64,000 bases of DNA from NCBI RefSeq assembly GCF_964188315.1, contig NC_135656.1:71300001-71364000 (forward strand), written 5' to 3'. Below are positions 50,598 through 64,000 of the stretch, in pieces. The notes beneath the pieces were generated by a model that was not told where the DNA came from, did no database searches, and worked only from the letters and a program-made list of their open reading frames with translations. Made by a program: the position numbers and the translations under genes. Each line of letters begins with the position of its first letter. The first letter of the stretch is position 1. This DNA comes from Podarcis muralis (taxonomy: Eukaryota).

Positions 50598-53399
50598 CCA
50601 GAGCTCACGTGTCAGGAATAATTCTGGAGGAGGGAGAGGTTTAGAGGGCCTGGGGTACAGTTGCTCATGGGAGACTTATCTGAGTGGACCTCCTTAAGTA
50701 CCTCTCCACTCTTTCTTTCCCAGCTCCTTCAACCAGTGGGCTGGCCCCTTCCCCAGGTCCCAGCTGACACAAAACACTCAGAATATTTTGTTTTTAAAAA
50801 ATCAGTATGACGCAATGTCATGTTAGGAAATTGCTCCCACCCAGTCCGAGCTGGCCCTGACTCAGGAGCCTTCCCCTTCCTGTAAGTGGCCTGATGGGTG
50901 CTACGCCCCACATTCTCAGAAGCCCTCCCCAGTGAACAAGACCCAACGGAGGAAAAAGCTAAAAGAAAGAAAGAAGAAACAGCCAGCACGGAGTGAAGAG
51001 CAAGAGCCTATGGAGACTGTTTGCAGGGTTATAACTGGAACTTCAAGCAGAGGGCAGCCACATCCACAAAGGGATAAAAGAAGGCACTTCAGAAGAGCAG
51101 AATCCCTAAAGGAGTGGGCAACAGAGCAAAAGAGAGACTTACAAGGAAGTGCACAGCCTGGAGGCAGAGAATGAGGATGTGCCCCTTAAATGGATCAAAG
51201 CTCTATGTTCTTTAGGCCGTATCTGAAGAAAAGCAGTACCTGCTGCTTTCTGCCTACTTTGAAGCTTTAAAGGCATGTGGCCAGGAAACCAAGGTCCACT
51301 GGGAAACTGTTGTTTACACACCCACACACCCACATCATGCCAAAGTGGAGACCAACTTGGTCCCATCCCTTGGCCAGAGAGGGAGCAGCTGCAGGGAGCT
51401 TGCTTCAACCTTACATGCTAGAAGAAAGCTCTTATTCAAACTTATTTGAAATAACACTTATAAGAAATAGTGTCTGAATTTAGTTTTTTTCCTTGTCCTG
51501 CCCGATCCCTTTTCCTTTTGAGCTGCGTCTTTTAGACTGAAAGTTCAAGGGTGTGGACTGTCTTCTTATGACTGTTGTAAGTTGCTCTAAGAGCCCTTTA
51601 AAAAAAGAAGAGCAAACTAAAAATACTTTTTAAAACAAACAAGCGAATGGGGGCGCTGCCAAGATAACGTGTGGCTATTTACACAGTCTAGGAACAGAGA
51701 AGTTATTGCTGAGAATATGTTGATTTGGAAAATAGATATCCCAACCAATTTTGTTTCCTTGAATGTATTTGCATACACATGAATCAAAACAAGGGCAATT
51801 CCAAGTTAGATTTAAGCCACCTTTTCCTCCTGACAAGAAGAAATTCAATAGGTAACACTTTCTCCAACAGTAACAGGGCATGCACCTGTTCAGTTTCTTT
51901 CCATTATGCAGCAGTACAACGTTGAAAGGCACTGTCAATGTCACACCTGAGGTACACCCTGACAGCATGTTCCTAAGCGTATTTGCTTACAAGTTCTACT
52001 GAGTTCAATGAGACACTCTAGTTAGGGTGTAACCCCAAACACATTTACTAACAGCTAGATCTTATCATGCACACATGGGATACTTCCAGAAAGGGCTTCG
52101 TACAGAATTCTGGGAATATGGGAACACCATTTAGGTTGCCAAGTATTTAGTTCATTTTTATATGTTTACCATCATGACAGACACTGGATGCTATGCATCT
52201 GGCACTGAACTGTGTTGAATTGTCTAAACAATCGGGCCTGGTTTTTCTCAGTGTGTGATTGGCACACTAGCTTTCATGCACTTCTGACCCCAGGGATGGA
52301 CACTGCTTGCCATTCACACCAATGGGCAGAGCTTCGCACAGAATGCACATGGGCTGCGGTTGTTGTCTCTCCCTTCCGAAAGCCCTGCCCTTTATTTCTG
52401 TACCCATACACATGCATCTTTAAATATGCAATTCACCGGAAATACACAATAGCAAACTAGTCCTTAGTTATCATGCTTCACAATAGGCTTGTACTTTCAA
52501 GGGATGCAGGGTGGGGGGGCAATATCCATTTAATTTTTTTAAAAAAACACTGAGGTTTTGTGAAAGAGTGGCATTTACCTACATCAATCTGGAACTTGAT
52601 TTGGTGGAGTTGAAGTAGGAGGTGGAAACGCACAACTGCAATGAAATATTGAAATCATTGTCGCACTCACACCATTCATTTAAAGCACATGGCTTCCCCC
52701 AAAGAATCCTGAGAATTGTAGTTTATCCCTTGTAGAACTACAATTCCCAGCAACCTTAACAAACCAGAGTTTCCAGGATTACTTGGGGGAAGCAGTATGC
52801 TTTAAAAGTTTAAATGTATTGTGGGATTGTGACCTATCATAATGAGGTCTTGTGCAAGGTCACTGGATTATTGTACGTCTGGTGTATGTACTGTGATGAC
52901 AGACTCCAAGGTAATCTTGCACATTGTGAAGGTCTTGAGAGGATAGCTCCTCCGAACCAGGTTATTTGAATCCAGACATGCTTTCAGCATGTGGCAATAG
53001 GTGGATACAAGCGTCTTTTGTTTGGCATTGGAAACAAACCCTGTGCCCAGGTAAGGAGCAAAACAGAAGTATGGACCACCTGCCAGAAACACCACCACAC
53101 TTGTGACAAACCACCCACCATGAAACAAAAGAAATGATGACTTTTCACACCAGCGGTGACTGTGGATGTGTAACAGGTGATAAATATTTATTGGATTTTC
53201 CATGGTAAAGGGAACCCCAGATTTGTTCACATATTTATTGAGGTACAGGCTGCCGTTTTGATGACACTGGACACTGCAAAGATGTTCGTGTGCCAGTTCC
53301 ACAACAAATTCTTGTCTGGAAGCACCCAAACTTAAAAAGACCCACTAAATTCAACAGATCGCCCTTTCACGTAAGATGGCAGCTGAAAAGAAATCCCCC

Positions 53400-55400
53400 C
53401 GAGGGTTGTCAGTATGGGCGGAGGAGGGGCAGACTTGAGAATGGTGCTTACCAGTGGTGAATAAAAAGGGAAGAATTCTGCAACAGTTTTAGTCAATCCG
53501 GAGGAGAGCTGCTGCTCGACGTGGGGGCATCGGAAGAGAGGCCACGGAGCAAGCTGGAACAGGCACAGAAATATAATTAAACACAGGCATATTCGGAAAG
53601 GCTGAAGAGTGCGGTGGACCTGAAATGACAGCAGCCTCCTAGTAGCAACTTTACTAAAAGGTGTGGCAGGAAGGGAAGGTGCTGAAATTTTCAGAAAGCA
53701 AACGAAGCGGCGCCACCCACCAGAAGGCGACCACGACGAGCACTATTGCCATTAATGGGCGTGCGACTCCCGCCGCAGGAAGATCCAAGCGGACATCTCT
53801 CTTTCGGGTGGAGCAACGCAAATGCTTGCAGCTCCTCCACGCCGAGGCTGTGCTCCGATTTCTGCAGCCAGCCTGCTCTGTAATGCCACTGCATCCTCCT
53901 GCGGGCAGGACAAAATGCTCCTCCTTAGCAATGCCGGTCCTTTTAGTTAATGAAACTAAAGGTGCGGTGACAAAATTGGACTTGAGAGAAATCCACGCCT
54001 CGGTCGCCAAGTGCACCTCTCTCGCTCCCTCCCTCCCGTCGCCGGGTTGGGAAGAAACTCGTCCTGAACTTCTGCATAATAAAGTTGTGGAATTTAATCC
54101 GCCTCCGCCCTCGCGCCATTTCCCCGCTAGAGAGCGCGAGCGCCAACACATTCCAGCGCCTAACTCGGCACGAGCCGCGCGGGCGACGCCGAAGCCACAG
54201 GTCCAGCCCAGGCGCCGAAACGTAGACCGCAGGCTTCTGGGAGTCGTAGTATGTTTGGGCCCCGCCAAGCGTTGCTAGTGCGCGCCTTGATCCGTGGGAC
54301 TACGCTTCCCAGCAAGCTCCTGTAGGGGGTGGGGTCAAGCCGCGCGGAGCATCATGGGGCTCGTAGTCCAGCCGTAGCGCTGTCACAAAGCTCGCTGGCT
54401 CAGCAAGGCGGGCCTGCCAGGACTCCAGCTCCCAGAGGACACGGCGGCGGCGGCACCGGCACCCGCTTGGAGGGAGGAGGAGGAGCGGGAAGAGGGCGAG
54501 TGATCTATCCAGAGAAGGAAGATGGTGGAGCAAGCGGCGTGGTTCCCTCGTCAGGCAGCAACCGGCCCCGTCAACCCGCAGCAGCGCAGAGATTCCTCCG
54601 GGCCCCGAGTCGCCTCCTGATAACCGCCCAGCCCGGCCATGCCCCGCTCACGCCGGGGCGACGGAGCCCGCCGGGGCGGCCGAGGTGAGCGCGGGGAGTC
54701 GGGGGCTGCTTCTCGCCCTCCCTCCGGCCGGGGTTTGGCCGAGAGGTGGGGTGGCGGGCGCGGGAGTCACTCTGCTTAGGAGAAATAGAAATCCGGATCA
54801 GGCGCTTGGTCCGCGCGCTTCTGCTTCTTCTGCTTCGCCCGGGGATCACGGACAGCTGTTGCGCCGCGTGTCCGGACGAGGTTGGCGCGCGTTCGCCTGC
54901 GGGGCAGATCTCCACCTCCTCCGCCCAGACCATTCTCTCCGCTGTCCATCTCTCTCTTCCGCAGGGCGGAGGGGCCCGGGGGTTGCTGTGGGAACGGGGT
55001 ACGAGGAGGGCTCAGTAGGCAGCTGCCCAGGCAGCCTTCACGCCTCGACTAGAGAAGCGGGAGCCGCCCGATCGGAGCTTCTCCAATGAAGGCATTTCAA
55101 AGGGGGCGGGGGGCTCTCGGCCCCACTGAGGAGTCCGGGTGGTCTCCGGGCTCATTGGGAGCACGGCTGTCCCCAGCCCCTCACCACGTGGCCTTTGAGA
55201 GAAGCCGCCCGGCTTTTCTGTTTCCTCGTTCTCCAGTTGCACATCCCGTCCCAAGGCGCCTTTCTCACTTCCTGCTGCCGCGCTTCACTTCAGAGCGGAG
55301 TGCCAAAAGGGCTTTAGTCCGACGCGTAAAACCATGGCGGTGTTTCCGAAAGTGACACGTGTATCTCTGTCTCATGTGCATGCATTCCCCTTCGTGCGAG
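53400..55400. promoter_or_regulatory. CpG island / bidirectional-type promoter
   Basis: Sharp rise in GC and CpG. Two divergent ACTACnnnTCCCAG (ZNF143/THAP11-type) motifs at about 54236-54251 (minus) and 54299-54312 (plus). YY1-like AAGATGG motifs. Confidence 0.85.
54330..54684 (+). other. Probable first (non-coding) exon of a plus-strand gene
   Basis: Strong donor CGAG/GTGAGC at 54684/54685 downstream of the ACTAC motifs. The start is a guess. RNF123 is expected from mammalian synteny, but no RNF123 coding exon was recognised. Confidence 0.5.
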
Positions 55401-58400
55401 GCGAAGCACATGCATTCAGGCTTCCTGTTTTGCCCTGCTGTGGAAGTGCTTCTGAAACTCCCGAAGTGGCTTTGGCCTTTGCTGCTAGGCTTCACAGAGG
55501 CATCTGGTTGTCCACTCTGGGTAGCATGAGATTGTCCTTTATGGGACTTTGCTATGATCCAGCAGGGCTGCCTATAACAGTTGAGCAATGGAAAACAATA
55601 AGCCACAAATCAAGCCTTCCAGATAAGAGGATGGTGGAAAGAAACACAGCTTGACAGAAGTAATTGAATGTTCCTATAGCATACATTTCTTCTGAAATGC
55701 TTATTCCATATCTTCTGGTTGCCACTTTCTAACCCTGGAGCAGTTCCTGGGTGGATGCATCTGATTAATCCATATGATAAACTGATTGCAGTTTGCTGAT
55801 TTCTTTGGCCAGTTAGTAAGAAAGAATGCCCTTGCTTAGGATTTGTTGCTTTTATATAGCATAGCTTGGCTACTTGTAAGCAACAGTTCAGGCATGTGGG
55901 CTCACCCTTCTCTCCATTTGCATGCTCATCTAGCTTGTCTTACAGTTGGATGCTGAGCTTTTCCTGTTTGTTCAGTGATAGAAGTCAAAGAGTTAGATCA
56001 CTGCTGTTGCAGTCTTAGTTCTTACTGAGGTCGTAAACCTGTTTTGTGGTCCATACCACTTCAGGTGGGTGAGATCCCATCATTTACCACCACCCCCATC
56101 AGGGGTTGCCAGAGTGATGCCTACCTATCTTGGCACCTCTCTCTTATGGATGGGTCATGAGATGGATGAAGCTGCTGTCAGTCAGTGTAAATCAGGCATA
56201 GGCAAACTCGGCCCTCCAGATGTTTTGGGACTACAACTCCATCATTTCTTATAACAACCATTTGATGACTATGTTCTTTGAAGTGTTTATTTAAAGCAAA
56301 TAATAGGCTCAAACTCAGGGTCAAACTCTCCCAAAGCAGCTTCTGGCATAAAAAAATCCAAATGTGTAGTCGATAATCTGTTACTTAGATGCAATAACAT
56401 TACCAAATTAGTGTTACTGTTGGTCATTCAAATCACAAACATTTCCAGTAAAAATTATGAAATTAGATAAGCAGCTTAAAATTAATTCCTCTGTTTAAGA
56501 GAGATAGAGAGAAGGCAGTTTTAAACAAATGGCTCTTAAGGGCCCCCAGTGATGGAACCTTACATTGCTCAACTAGAAAATAATTTTACAGCCATGGGGC
56601 GCCACTGAGTAGTTCCTATTTACTGCTACACATGAAACTGGAACAACCTTGAGAAGTGAAGCTCCGCTTTAAGCAATCTAAGCTGTTTGTGTCCAGACAT
56701 CTTCAAGTTATAAGGTGTAATAGAGCAAATACGGGAGAGTGTGCAATTATAGAAGGTATGCATTATAGTAGCTTTATTATCCTGTGTTTAATTCTTCAAA
56801 GTCTGTAGACACCTGGATTGACTGTATCTCACTCTGGTCAACCCCTGTGTAAAATTATAATCCTTGGCTGGAATTACCCGCTGTGTGACTTCTGTGTACC
56901 TTCTGATATAGGCCAGGCCAGGCCAGTGTATGGCTCAGTGGGCCAAGCAGCATTGCTAGCCATCTAGGCAAAATTTCTGTTGCGGATGGCACAATAAAGT
57001 GAAATTATCTAGCGGAGTCTTTCTGGAGGGTTGGAAACAATTACATTTGTGGAAGGGTGGCTTTGCATTGTGCTTTTTTCTTCTCGCTTTAAAGGCACAC
57101 TTCTTCTTTAAAAATTGCCTACAATGCGGTGGGGGGGGGGGAACATAGCACTTTGTGACCTTTACAGGTGTACTAAACAAATTTGTTTGCCCCTAAGAAC
57201 ACACAGCTGTAAGTGTCCCAGTCCTTTTATGTTTGCTTTTTGACATCAGCAGCGGGAGAAGCACCTGCTTCTTACCTGTGTGCTGTGGAACTCTCTGGGA
57301 ATCAGCATCTGTCTTTCAGCTTGACTGTGGTGTCATGTGGAAAGCGTGCAATACTCTCTCGACAGATATAAGCTGATGCTGCTTATGTAACAGTCTGGAA
57401 GCATGTGTATCCTGTGTGCTGCCATGCTCAAGTACGGTAGGTCTTTTTAGAATGTTATTGTGGAGGCAGTGCTTGCAGCATGTGTTGTTGTTCTAGAAAC
57501 CTTTTGGAAATAGAAGCCTTTTTGTACTGTGGCAATCGACAATAGCCTGGCCACAGTTATCCATGCTCGAGTAGCATCTTTGGCTTGGCTACTGCCTTGC
57601 ATTGTTTGTGGGGTGAAAGAACTCTTGGAAGGCTGATTTGGTTTAAAATACAGCAGATAGGCTGCTGTCTGGCATGGACTACGTGAAACAGATCTCAGGC
57701 TTCCTTATGTTTTCAGCCATAATTGAAACTGTTCTTTTCTCCCCTTATTTCTAAGAGGACTTGACTTTTCTGTGGTGGCTGTCTGCCTGTGGGTTGCCCG
57801 TCCTAGGTCTGTATGCCCAACACCCAGTGTTGTGTTTTAAGCACCAGGTAAAAACATTTTTATGTACCTAGGTATTTTAGTTCAGAGTGTGGATAGTGCT
57901 CTTCATTTCTTTGAATTACAGTATTTAGGTTGGGTGGGCTTTATGGTGAGATGTACTCTATGCTTTCTATTTAAGAGGTCTGTGACAGTATCCTGAAAAG
58001 AAAGCCAATTCCCTTACAGAAATGTCCTCATTTAGAAACCACCATTTTGTCTCTTCTTGTATTTTGTCAAGTACGCCTTTTACACTGGAGCTGCCTCCCA
58101 AACTCATCTCAGTAAGTTTCCCTCCCACTCTCCAAATGTTGTTGTGACTTTTCCTCACAGGCTTCCTTGCCGGTTCTAATCCCTTTTTTAGCCTCCCTCT
58201 CTCTGCCTCTAGAGATGCTGGATTCCCATCAGCTCCATCCTGCACTGCCAGTAGCCAGGAATGATTGGGAGTTGCAGTCCAGCAATACCTGAAGGCCTGC
58301 AGTCCCTCATCCCTGCTCTATCTAACTCCCATGTATTGCTTTACAGAAGACATTTGCTATAGGCAAGGGCAAGGCACAGTGGGTGGTAAGCATTTTTACA

Positions 58401-61400
58401 TCCTGTTGATTTCAGTGGGAGAGTTAAGCATATGCTGGATTTGGTTCTGTGAGTCTTAACCTGTTTTATTTGCATAGTCTATCTTTCTCTCCTGAGCTTG
58501 TAAGTCTTTGCCACTTAAGAATCCTGGCCTTTTGCTTTCCAATGGGCTGCTCTTGACAGGAGTACACCAGAGGCCTAGTCAAGGCAAAGACCACATGCCC
58601 AAGAGTGCGGTGAAAGAAAAGAGTGCTAAAGACATGATCTACACTAGAACCTAACTACATGCCCTGTTATGCATGTGATTAGTAATCACGGGGTTTGTGT
58701 TTAAAAATTAAATAATAGAAAGAGGTAGGTACCAGGATCAGCACAAAGCAAAGGAAAATGCAAGCTCTTCTTCCCCAGCCAACAGTCTCTGTGAAATTCC
58801 CAACCCCAGTGCAGCAATTAGCATTGGGGAAGCCAAGGCAGCAGTGCTGGTACACTAGAAAAACCCGCAAACCAGTAAGAAGACAATTCCTTTATTAGGA
58901 CTCACAAAATAGTGAGGTGGCTTTTAAGTGATGCAGAACTCCTCATCAGGCTGGGTGTTAAGCAAAGCAGATGGGGATGGGTGGGAGGGAGGGAGGGAGG
59001 GAGAGCTGGCTTGATGTCTGAAGCCACAGCTGCCTTTAATCACACTCCTGAAGGCGGAAGTCCTGTGCTGTAGTAGATTTGAGGCTTAATTGGATTAGGC
59101 TGCACTAGGTGGCATGAAGGTGTTGGTGAGGACTGCCCTGACATGCCTTCAGGAGCCACCTCAACCCCCAAATGGTGCAAAGCCACTCTCTCCTTGCAGC
59201 TGGGCAGAACTCAATGTACTGTTCTTTTGGCATCTGTGGAGCAAAGCGTTTGTAGCCTCTCTGAATAAACACAACCTCAGCCGGATGAGTATGTTAAAGT
59301 TCGCACATGCACCTCTCCCCCTCATGCTAGTTTTGCTGGTAAATTATTGTTTTTGCGAGGAACACCGTGTGAGACGAAAACCTTTGCCCTGTTGTCTGTT
59401 TTGGGGCTGGAGTGCCTGCATTCCTTATTGGTAGCTATTGCTTATTGCATTCCTTATTGGCAACTCCTTATTGGAGTTGGCGGTGCAGAATGCTTGCTCC
59501 AGCCTCCCTTCCTGGGTGCCACCATGCTGCTCTGTTCATTGTGGGGCCCAGCTGTGTACTCAGCAATCTGCTTTCATCTGGCTGGTGCCACCAGTGCAGC
59601 CCTCTCCTTGTATGGGGCTTTGAGCCAGAAGCCTCTTAACCCTTGAGTGGCTGCTCCTTTGATGTCACGCCTGCTCAGCAAGCAAGGCCTGCTGCTTTGG
59701 GTGATGATTCAGTAGTGTTTAGCATCCCAGCTATTTTGCAGTATAGCCGGCTCCTAGGGAGCAGGAGTCAAATTCCCTTTCCTCCTCTCTCTCTGCTCTG
59801 TTCTGCCATAGCCCTAAAGCAGGGGTCAGCAAACTTTTTCAGCAGGGGGGCGGTCCATTGTCCCTCAGACCTTGTGGGGGGGGGCGGACTATATGTTGCC
59901 ATGATTATGACCTGCATTTTCGGCAAAAACCCTTATTGGGACCAACCCCAACGTTGCCCAAATGTGACTTTTTTGAGGGGGGGTCCCTCATACACCCACG
60001 CTGCTTCCTTTGTGTTTTATGCGTTGACAGTTATTATTTCTCTCATAAGGTGGGGTGGGGGGCTGAGGTAATCGCAACATTCCTGTCAGCCCTGGAGAGT
60101 GTTTGCGCATGTGTGGGTGAAGGGAAAAACCGTTGGCTACGCTTAGTCAGGCCGGTGCCACTCAAACAAAAATGTTCTTTTCCCCACGTGAAGGAAGATG
60201 AGGAGGTGGCCTTTCCATGGCTCGCACTGTGTAGCTAATAAGTGGCCTCCCCAGCAGAGTGCAGAACTGCTTTGGAGTGCAGGCGCTCCCCGCTTCCTTT
60301 GGTGGGGAGCACCGCCGCCACAGACACCGGCGGGCATTGCTCCCGAGGCGCCTCTGAGCCCCTGCTGCCGCAACTGCCCTTCCTGAGGTCAGTCGCCGGC
60401 AGCTCCATGGTGGAAATCCGAACTGTGGCTCCTTTTCCCTCTTCCCCACCCCATAAGAAAATATTGCTGCGCGCGACGGACAGAGAAGGGGCTTGTCTCA
60501 AGCAGCCACCCACCTCACTTTTGACCCCCAAGCCTGGCTGCATCGCAGAAACCATTGTGCGCGCGTGCTGTGCTGGCTGCCTGGATTCCTGGACCGTCCG
60601 CGGGCTGGATCTAGAAGGCGGTTGGGCCTGATCTGGCCCGTGCACCTTAGTTTGCCGACCCATGCCCTAAAGCCTCAGTCCTTGTCCTTTTCTAGCCATG
60701 TATTCTTCAGTCTTCGGCATTTCCACGACTCTGCTGTTTTTAATAGGAGATAGCAAACAGATTTGGTCTCTTGTGCAACCCAAAAGCCAGGATGTCCTAA
60801 CACATTTCATCAGGCACCGCAGTGCTTTTCTACAAACGTGACGTCTGAAACAACGCTGTCGAATTGTTCTGAGCTGTTCGACTGAGCCATTGTCTGCCAG
60901 CTGTAACAATAGCCTTGCTTTTCTGTACAGTTCTGCTTTGGGTTTGCTTTCTGTGCTTTAAAAATAAGTAAATTAAAAGCTTGTAGCTCATTTGACACTA
61001 TCATGGCAGCATCTTCGTTGTTCCATGCTAATCCCCACCAACACATTTGGGCTCCATCCAGCCTAATGGATTTCAGTTTCTGCGAGCATAGCAGGGGAAG
61101 GACGGGTGGCCCAGCGTAGCAGCTTGGCTGCCTTCCAAGGCTGCTTCCTCCTTGGCTTCTGCTTGGGGCTAGCTGAGGTGACAGAGCTCTCTCAGGCGGC
61201 TCAGCTGCTCCAGGGTGCCCTGCCTAGGATCCTTTGCACCTGTCCGTCAGGGTAAGGCAACTGCTGCGATCTGTGGGCAGACGCGGCCCTTGAAGTCATT
61301 CTGCTGCAGCAGGAATGAAATTAACGTGGTTGTTGGTCCAGTCTGGTGTGATTTTGATTAGCTGCTGATACAGTTCAACAGTTGGGAGTGTGAACTTGGA

Positions 61401-61592
61401 CCTGTGAAGCGTCTACTGGAATCCAAGTTTATTCAAGGCCACACTCGGTGGCACTGAGTCGTCATTCCCTTTGCCATGAGTCTGTCAGGAATGTTGAATG
61501 ACAGTGATGAAGATGGGGGGGTGGACAGGAAGTTTAGAAGCATAATAAAGTAATTTGCACACAAATCATAAATAGCAACAGTGATAGTGTAG

Positions 61593-61730
61593 ACCACCTT
61601 TCCCCAATCTGGTGCCCTCTTGAGGTTTTGGACTACAACTCACATCATCCCTAGCCAAGACAGCCTGTGTTCAGAATAATGGGAGTTGTAGTTGGCAACA
61701 GCTAGAGAGTACCAGGTTGGAAAATGCTGG
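61593..61730. mobile_element. Short palindromic MITE (ggactacaactccc...gggagttgtagt family)
   Basis: Fold-back structure. Fragments of the same family at about 26330, 35510, 38130, 47140, 56200 and 58230. Confidence 0.7.
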
Positions 61731-61967
61731 TATAGACATTGAATTTTCAGCATGTTTCCTATCCCCCTTGGGACTGAGGTGGTTTGATGGTGGATTTTGG
61801 CATATGTAACTATCACCTCAAGCTTCCTACATAGCTATCATTTCTGGTCCCATATAGATTGCTTGTAAGCGTGCGTCAGGTCCAGCTTTTCTCTGTCCTG
61901 TATTTCTGTCTGCAAATCTGGAGTCCCCAATTGGTTACCCAATTCCTTCCCCAACTTAAGACTAGAC

Positions 61968-62115
61968 AGAATCATAGAATCCTAGAGTTGGAAGGAACCA
62001 CAAGGGTCATCGAGTCCAGCCCCCTGCAATGCAGGAATCATTTGCCTAACATGGGGTTCAAACTCACGATCCTGAGATTAAGAGTCTCATGCTCTACCGA
62101 CTGAGCAATCCCAGC
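61968..62115 (-). mobile_element. tRNA-Lys-derived SINE with CR1-like tail
   Basis: The reverse strand reads gctcagtcggtagagcatgagactcttaatctcagg, followed by the CR1 tail; the acceptor stem does not pair. Confidence 0.85.
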
Positions 62116-62619
62116 TAATAGCTACCTGAGACTATTCTGTGCCATTTCTTTACCTGCCTACTAATGGTGGGATGGGGGGGGGGAGTTCCTCCTCCGGTTA
62201 TTGAAGAATTGAGATCCCTGGTTAAACTTGCAGAAGAGATGAGGATTAATTTTATTTGAAAAATACAACAAGGTCATGTCAAACCCTGGCTGAAATGAAC
62301 CCCGGTATTAACCCCTCTATGCTTCTAAGTCATTTGGATCAATCTGAATTTAATCATGCATTTTATGAAGTTGTGCTCTGTGTGTATTGATTATGGCAGT
62401 GCTAGGTTGTTTTGGTTTTGCAATTTTATCATAGCCTATGGGTGAAACAAATAAACTAATAGACTGAAGCTGTGCTATTATGTTTTTGCCTTCACCACAA
62501 TACTCCATTTTCTTAACCACTTGCTTCACAACTTGGCTACTTCTGTTTATTTCTCTCTGAAAACAATCAATAATAACTATGAATTTACCCAAGCGTCTTT
62601 TCCTGGTAGCTTTAAATAG

Positions 62620-63180
62620 TTCTTGAATGGACCCGACTCAACTTATTTCTTTGGGTGCTGAAAAATCATTTGACAAAATATATTGGCAGTTTTTATTTGT
62701 CACTTTGTAAAAATTTGGATTTCCTCAGGAATTTATGAAGTGAATTAGAATTTTATACCTCCCTCCTAAATTGTATGAACAAATGGTTCCTTCAGATCCA
62801 GATTTTAACCATATGGGGATTAATGGCTGAATAACAAAAGTGGACTTTGAGTCCTTATGGTGGCTAAGAAACTTATACTTTTTTGCTATCCACCATCTAC
62901 CTGTATTACACAATGGCTTAGAGACCTTCCTTCCTTGGTTACATATTTGATATAGGCGCCAATCTCATGCAGATACCTATCTGGACATATTGAACACTTA
63001 TATTAACTAGCATGTCTATTTTAAAATCTATGTACTGATGGCCATTGTATTTGCAATGGGAACATATGGCAATTTGTTAATAGTATATTTTTATTTTCTC
63101 TTTTTTCCGTAGTTTGCTTATTTTTTCCTTTCTCTTTTCTGTTCCTTGTTAAAGCTGCAAGCAAATATAATAATTTTTTT
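62620..63180 (+). mobile_element. Degraded L1-type LINE fragment
   Basis: SL.AEKSFDKI.WQFLFVTL.KFGF-like RT segment followed by an AT-rich 3' end. Confidence 0.6.
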
Positions 63181-63777
63181 AAAACTCTGGTCCCTTAAAG
63201 TCAGAAAGGGTTAAAAGCGGGGGCCCCTTCATCCCCTTCCATATGGTTCTGATTATCTCCTGGTCCAGGCCTTGAACATTTATCAGTAGGGTGTGTCGAA
63301 GCTGACAGTGCTGACTTTAACCAAAGGCAGTAGCCGGCTAATAGCTATCCAGGGATGTCAAGGGATTGTTGCAATTAGTCTTGCTTTAGGTGAGTGGGAA
63401 AACAGGGTTGTCCACCCTTCCTTTCCTGACAGGTGACTGCAGTTTTTCTGCAGCAGAACTGCCCTAGCTTGCTTTACCATTAAGGCTTATGCAGTACAGT
63501 CTTGGACAGTATCATTGTTCAGTGGAGCTTGTGAGGTTGAGGTTTCATAGAAGCATCTTGGACTTGTTCTTTACAACAGAAAGAAGCATAGCTGGTTAAA
63601 ATGAAGGTCCCATTTTGCTTGTTGTTTAGAAGGGAAATGCAGACACAGTTAACAAGTCGGGGTGCATACAGATAATCACTTATTAGGCAACAGCATATCA
63701 CAGTCTTCATGGAACTACTTGACAGGGCATATGAGCCCATATAAACAAACCATTCTGCAGTTGCTTGTTTGTCTGTA

Positions 63778-63996
63778 CAGTCATACCTCGGAAGTCGAAC
63801 AGAATCCATTCCAGAAGTCTCTTCGACTTCCAAAATGTTCAGAAACGCAGGCACGCCAGAAACAATAGCGGAAGCTGTGCCAAACGTTTGGCTTAAAAAA
63901 AAAAGTTCGGAAACCAGAACACTCACTTCCGGTTTTCGATCGTTCGGGAGCTGGAACATTCGACTCCCAAGGCGTTCGGGAGCCAAGGTTCAACTG
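63778..63996. mobile_element. Tc1/mariner-type MITE (CAGTCATACC subfamily)
   Basis: TA-CAGTCATACCTCGG...; homologous to the copy at 20563. Confidence 0.85.
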
Positions 63997-64000
63997 TGTT

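Noticed and set aside
52868-53329. 153-aa minus-strand ORF between MST1 and the CpG island
   Set aside because: No recognisable domain. A few open frames of this length are expected by chance in six frames of 64 kb. A BLASTp or RNA-seq hit would reopen it.
53654-55089. Several 100-205 aa ORFs on both strands in the CpG island
   Set aside because: Typical stop-poor GC-rich frames, rich in Arg/Pro/Gly/Ala, with no family resemblance.
58020-58111. Possible 92-nt plus-strand exon (CAG...GTAAGT)
   Set aside because: Weak pyrimidine tract and no recognisable peptide; it needs transcript evidence.
60162-60753. Overlapping ORFs in a CpG-rich patch
   Set aside because: No homology recognised; more likely regulatory DNA.
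62040-62115. tRNA-Lys(CTT) gene (also 32383 and 26460)
   Set aside because: The acceptor stem does not pair and the sequence runs into a CR1-like tail, so these are SINE heads.
54685-64000. RNF123 coding exons
   Set aside because: I searched by eye for the expected N-terminus (MASKG...) and found none. The gene name rests on synteny only and was not assigned.

Overview
Vertebrate genomic DNA, most likely a squamate (lizard): it carries Sauria SINEs, BovB, CR1, L2 and L1 fragments. The left half (1-31.5 kb) is a head-to-tail, minus-strand array of intronless bitter-taste receptor (TAS2R) units spaced about 5-5.7 kb apart. It has 4 intact genes (298-304 aa), 2 pseudogenes and 1 short orphan fragment. 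The four intact genes and the 19.5 kb pseudogene have a conserved octamer (POU-site) + TATA-like promoter module, and most units have a second distal octamer block. A plus-strand terminal exon of APEH (acylpeptide hydrolase) is interleaved in the array at 16.76 kb. A 133-N assembly gap at 31.6 kb separates the array from a complete 18-exon MST1 (macrophage-stimulating protein/HGFL) gene on the minus strand (32865-50468, 2106 nt CDS, 701 aa, all introns GT-AG and in phase). A CpG-island bidirectional-type promoter follows at about 53.4-55.4 kb. Its plus-strand first exon has no coding exon I could identify in the window (RNF123 expected from mammalian synteny only). There are no true tRNA/rRNA genes or CRISPR arrays. 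All alignments were done by eye, and mammalian reference residues are quoted from memory.
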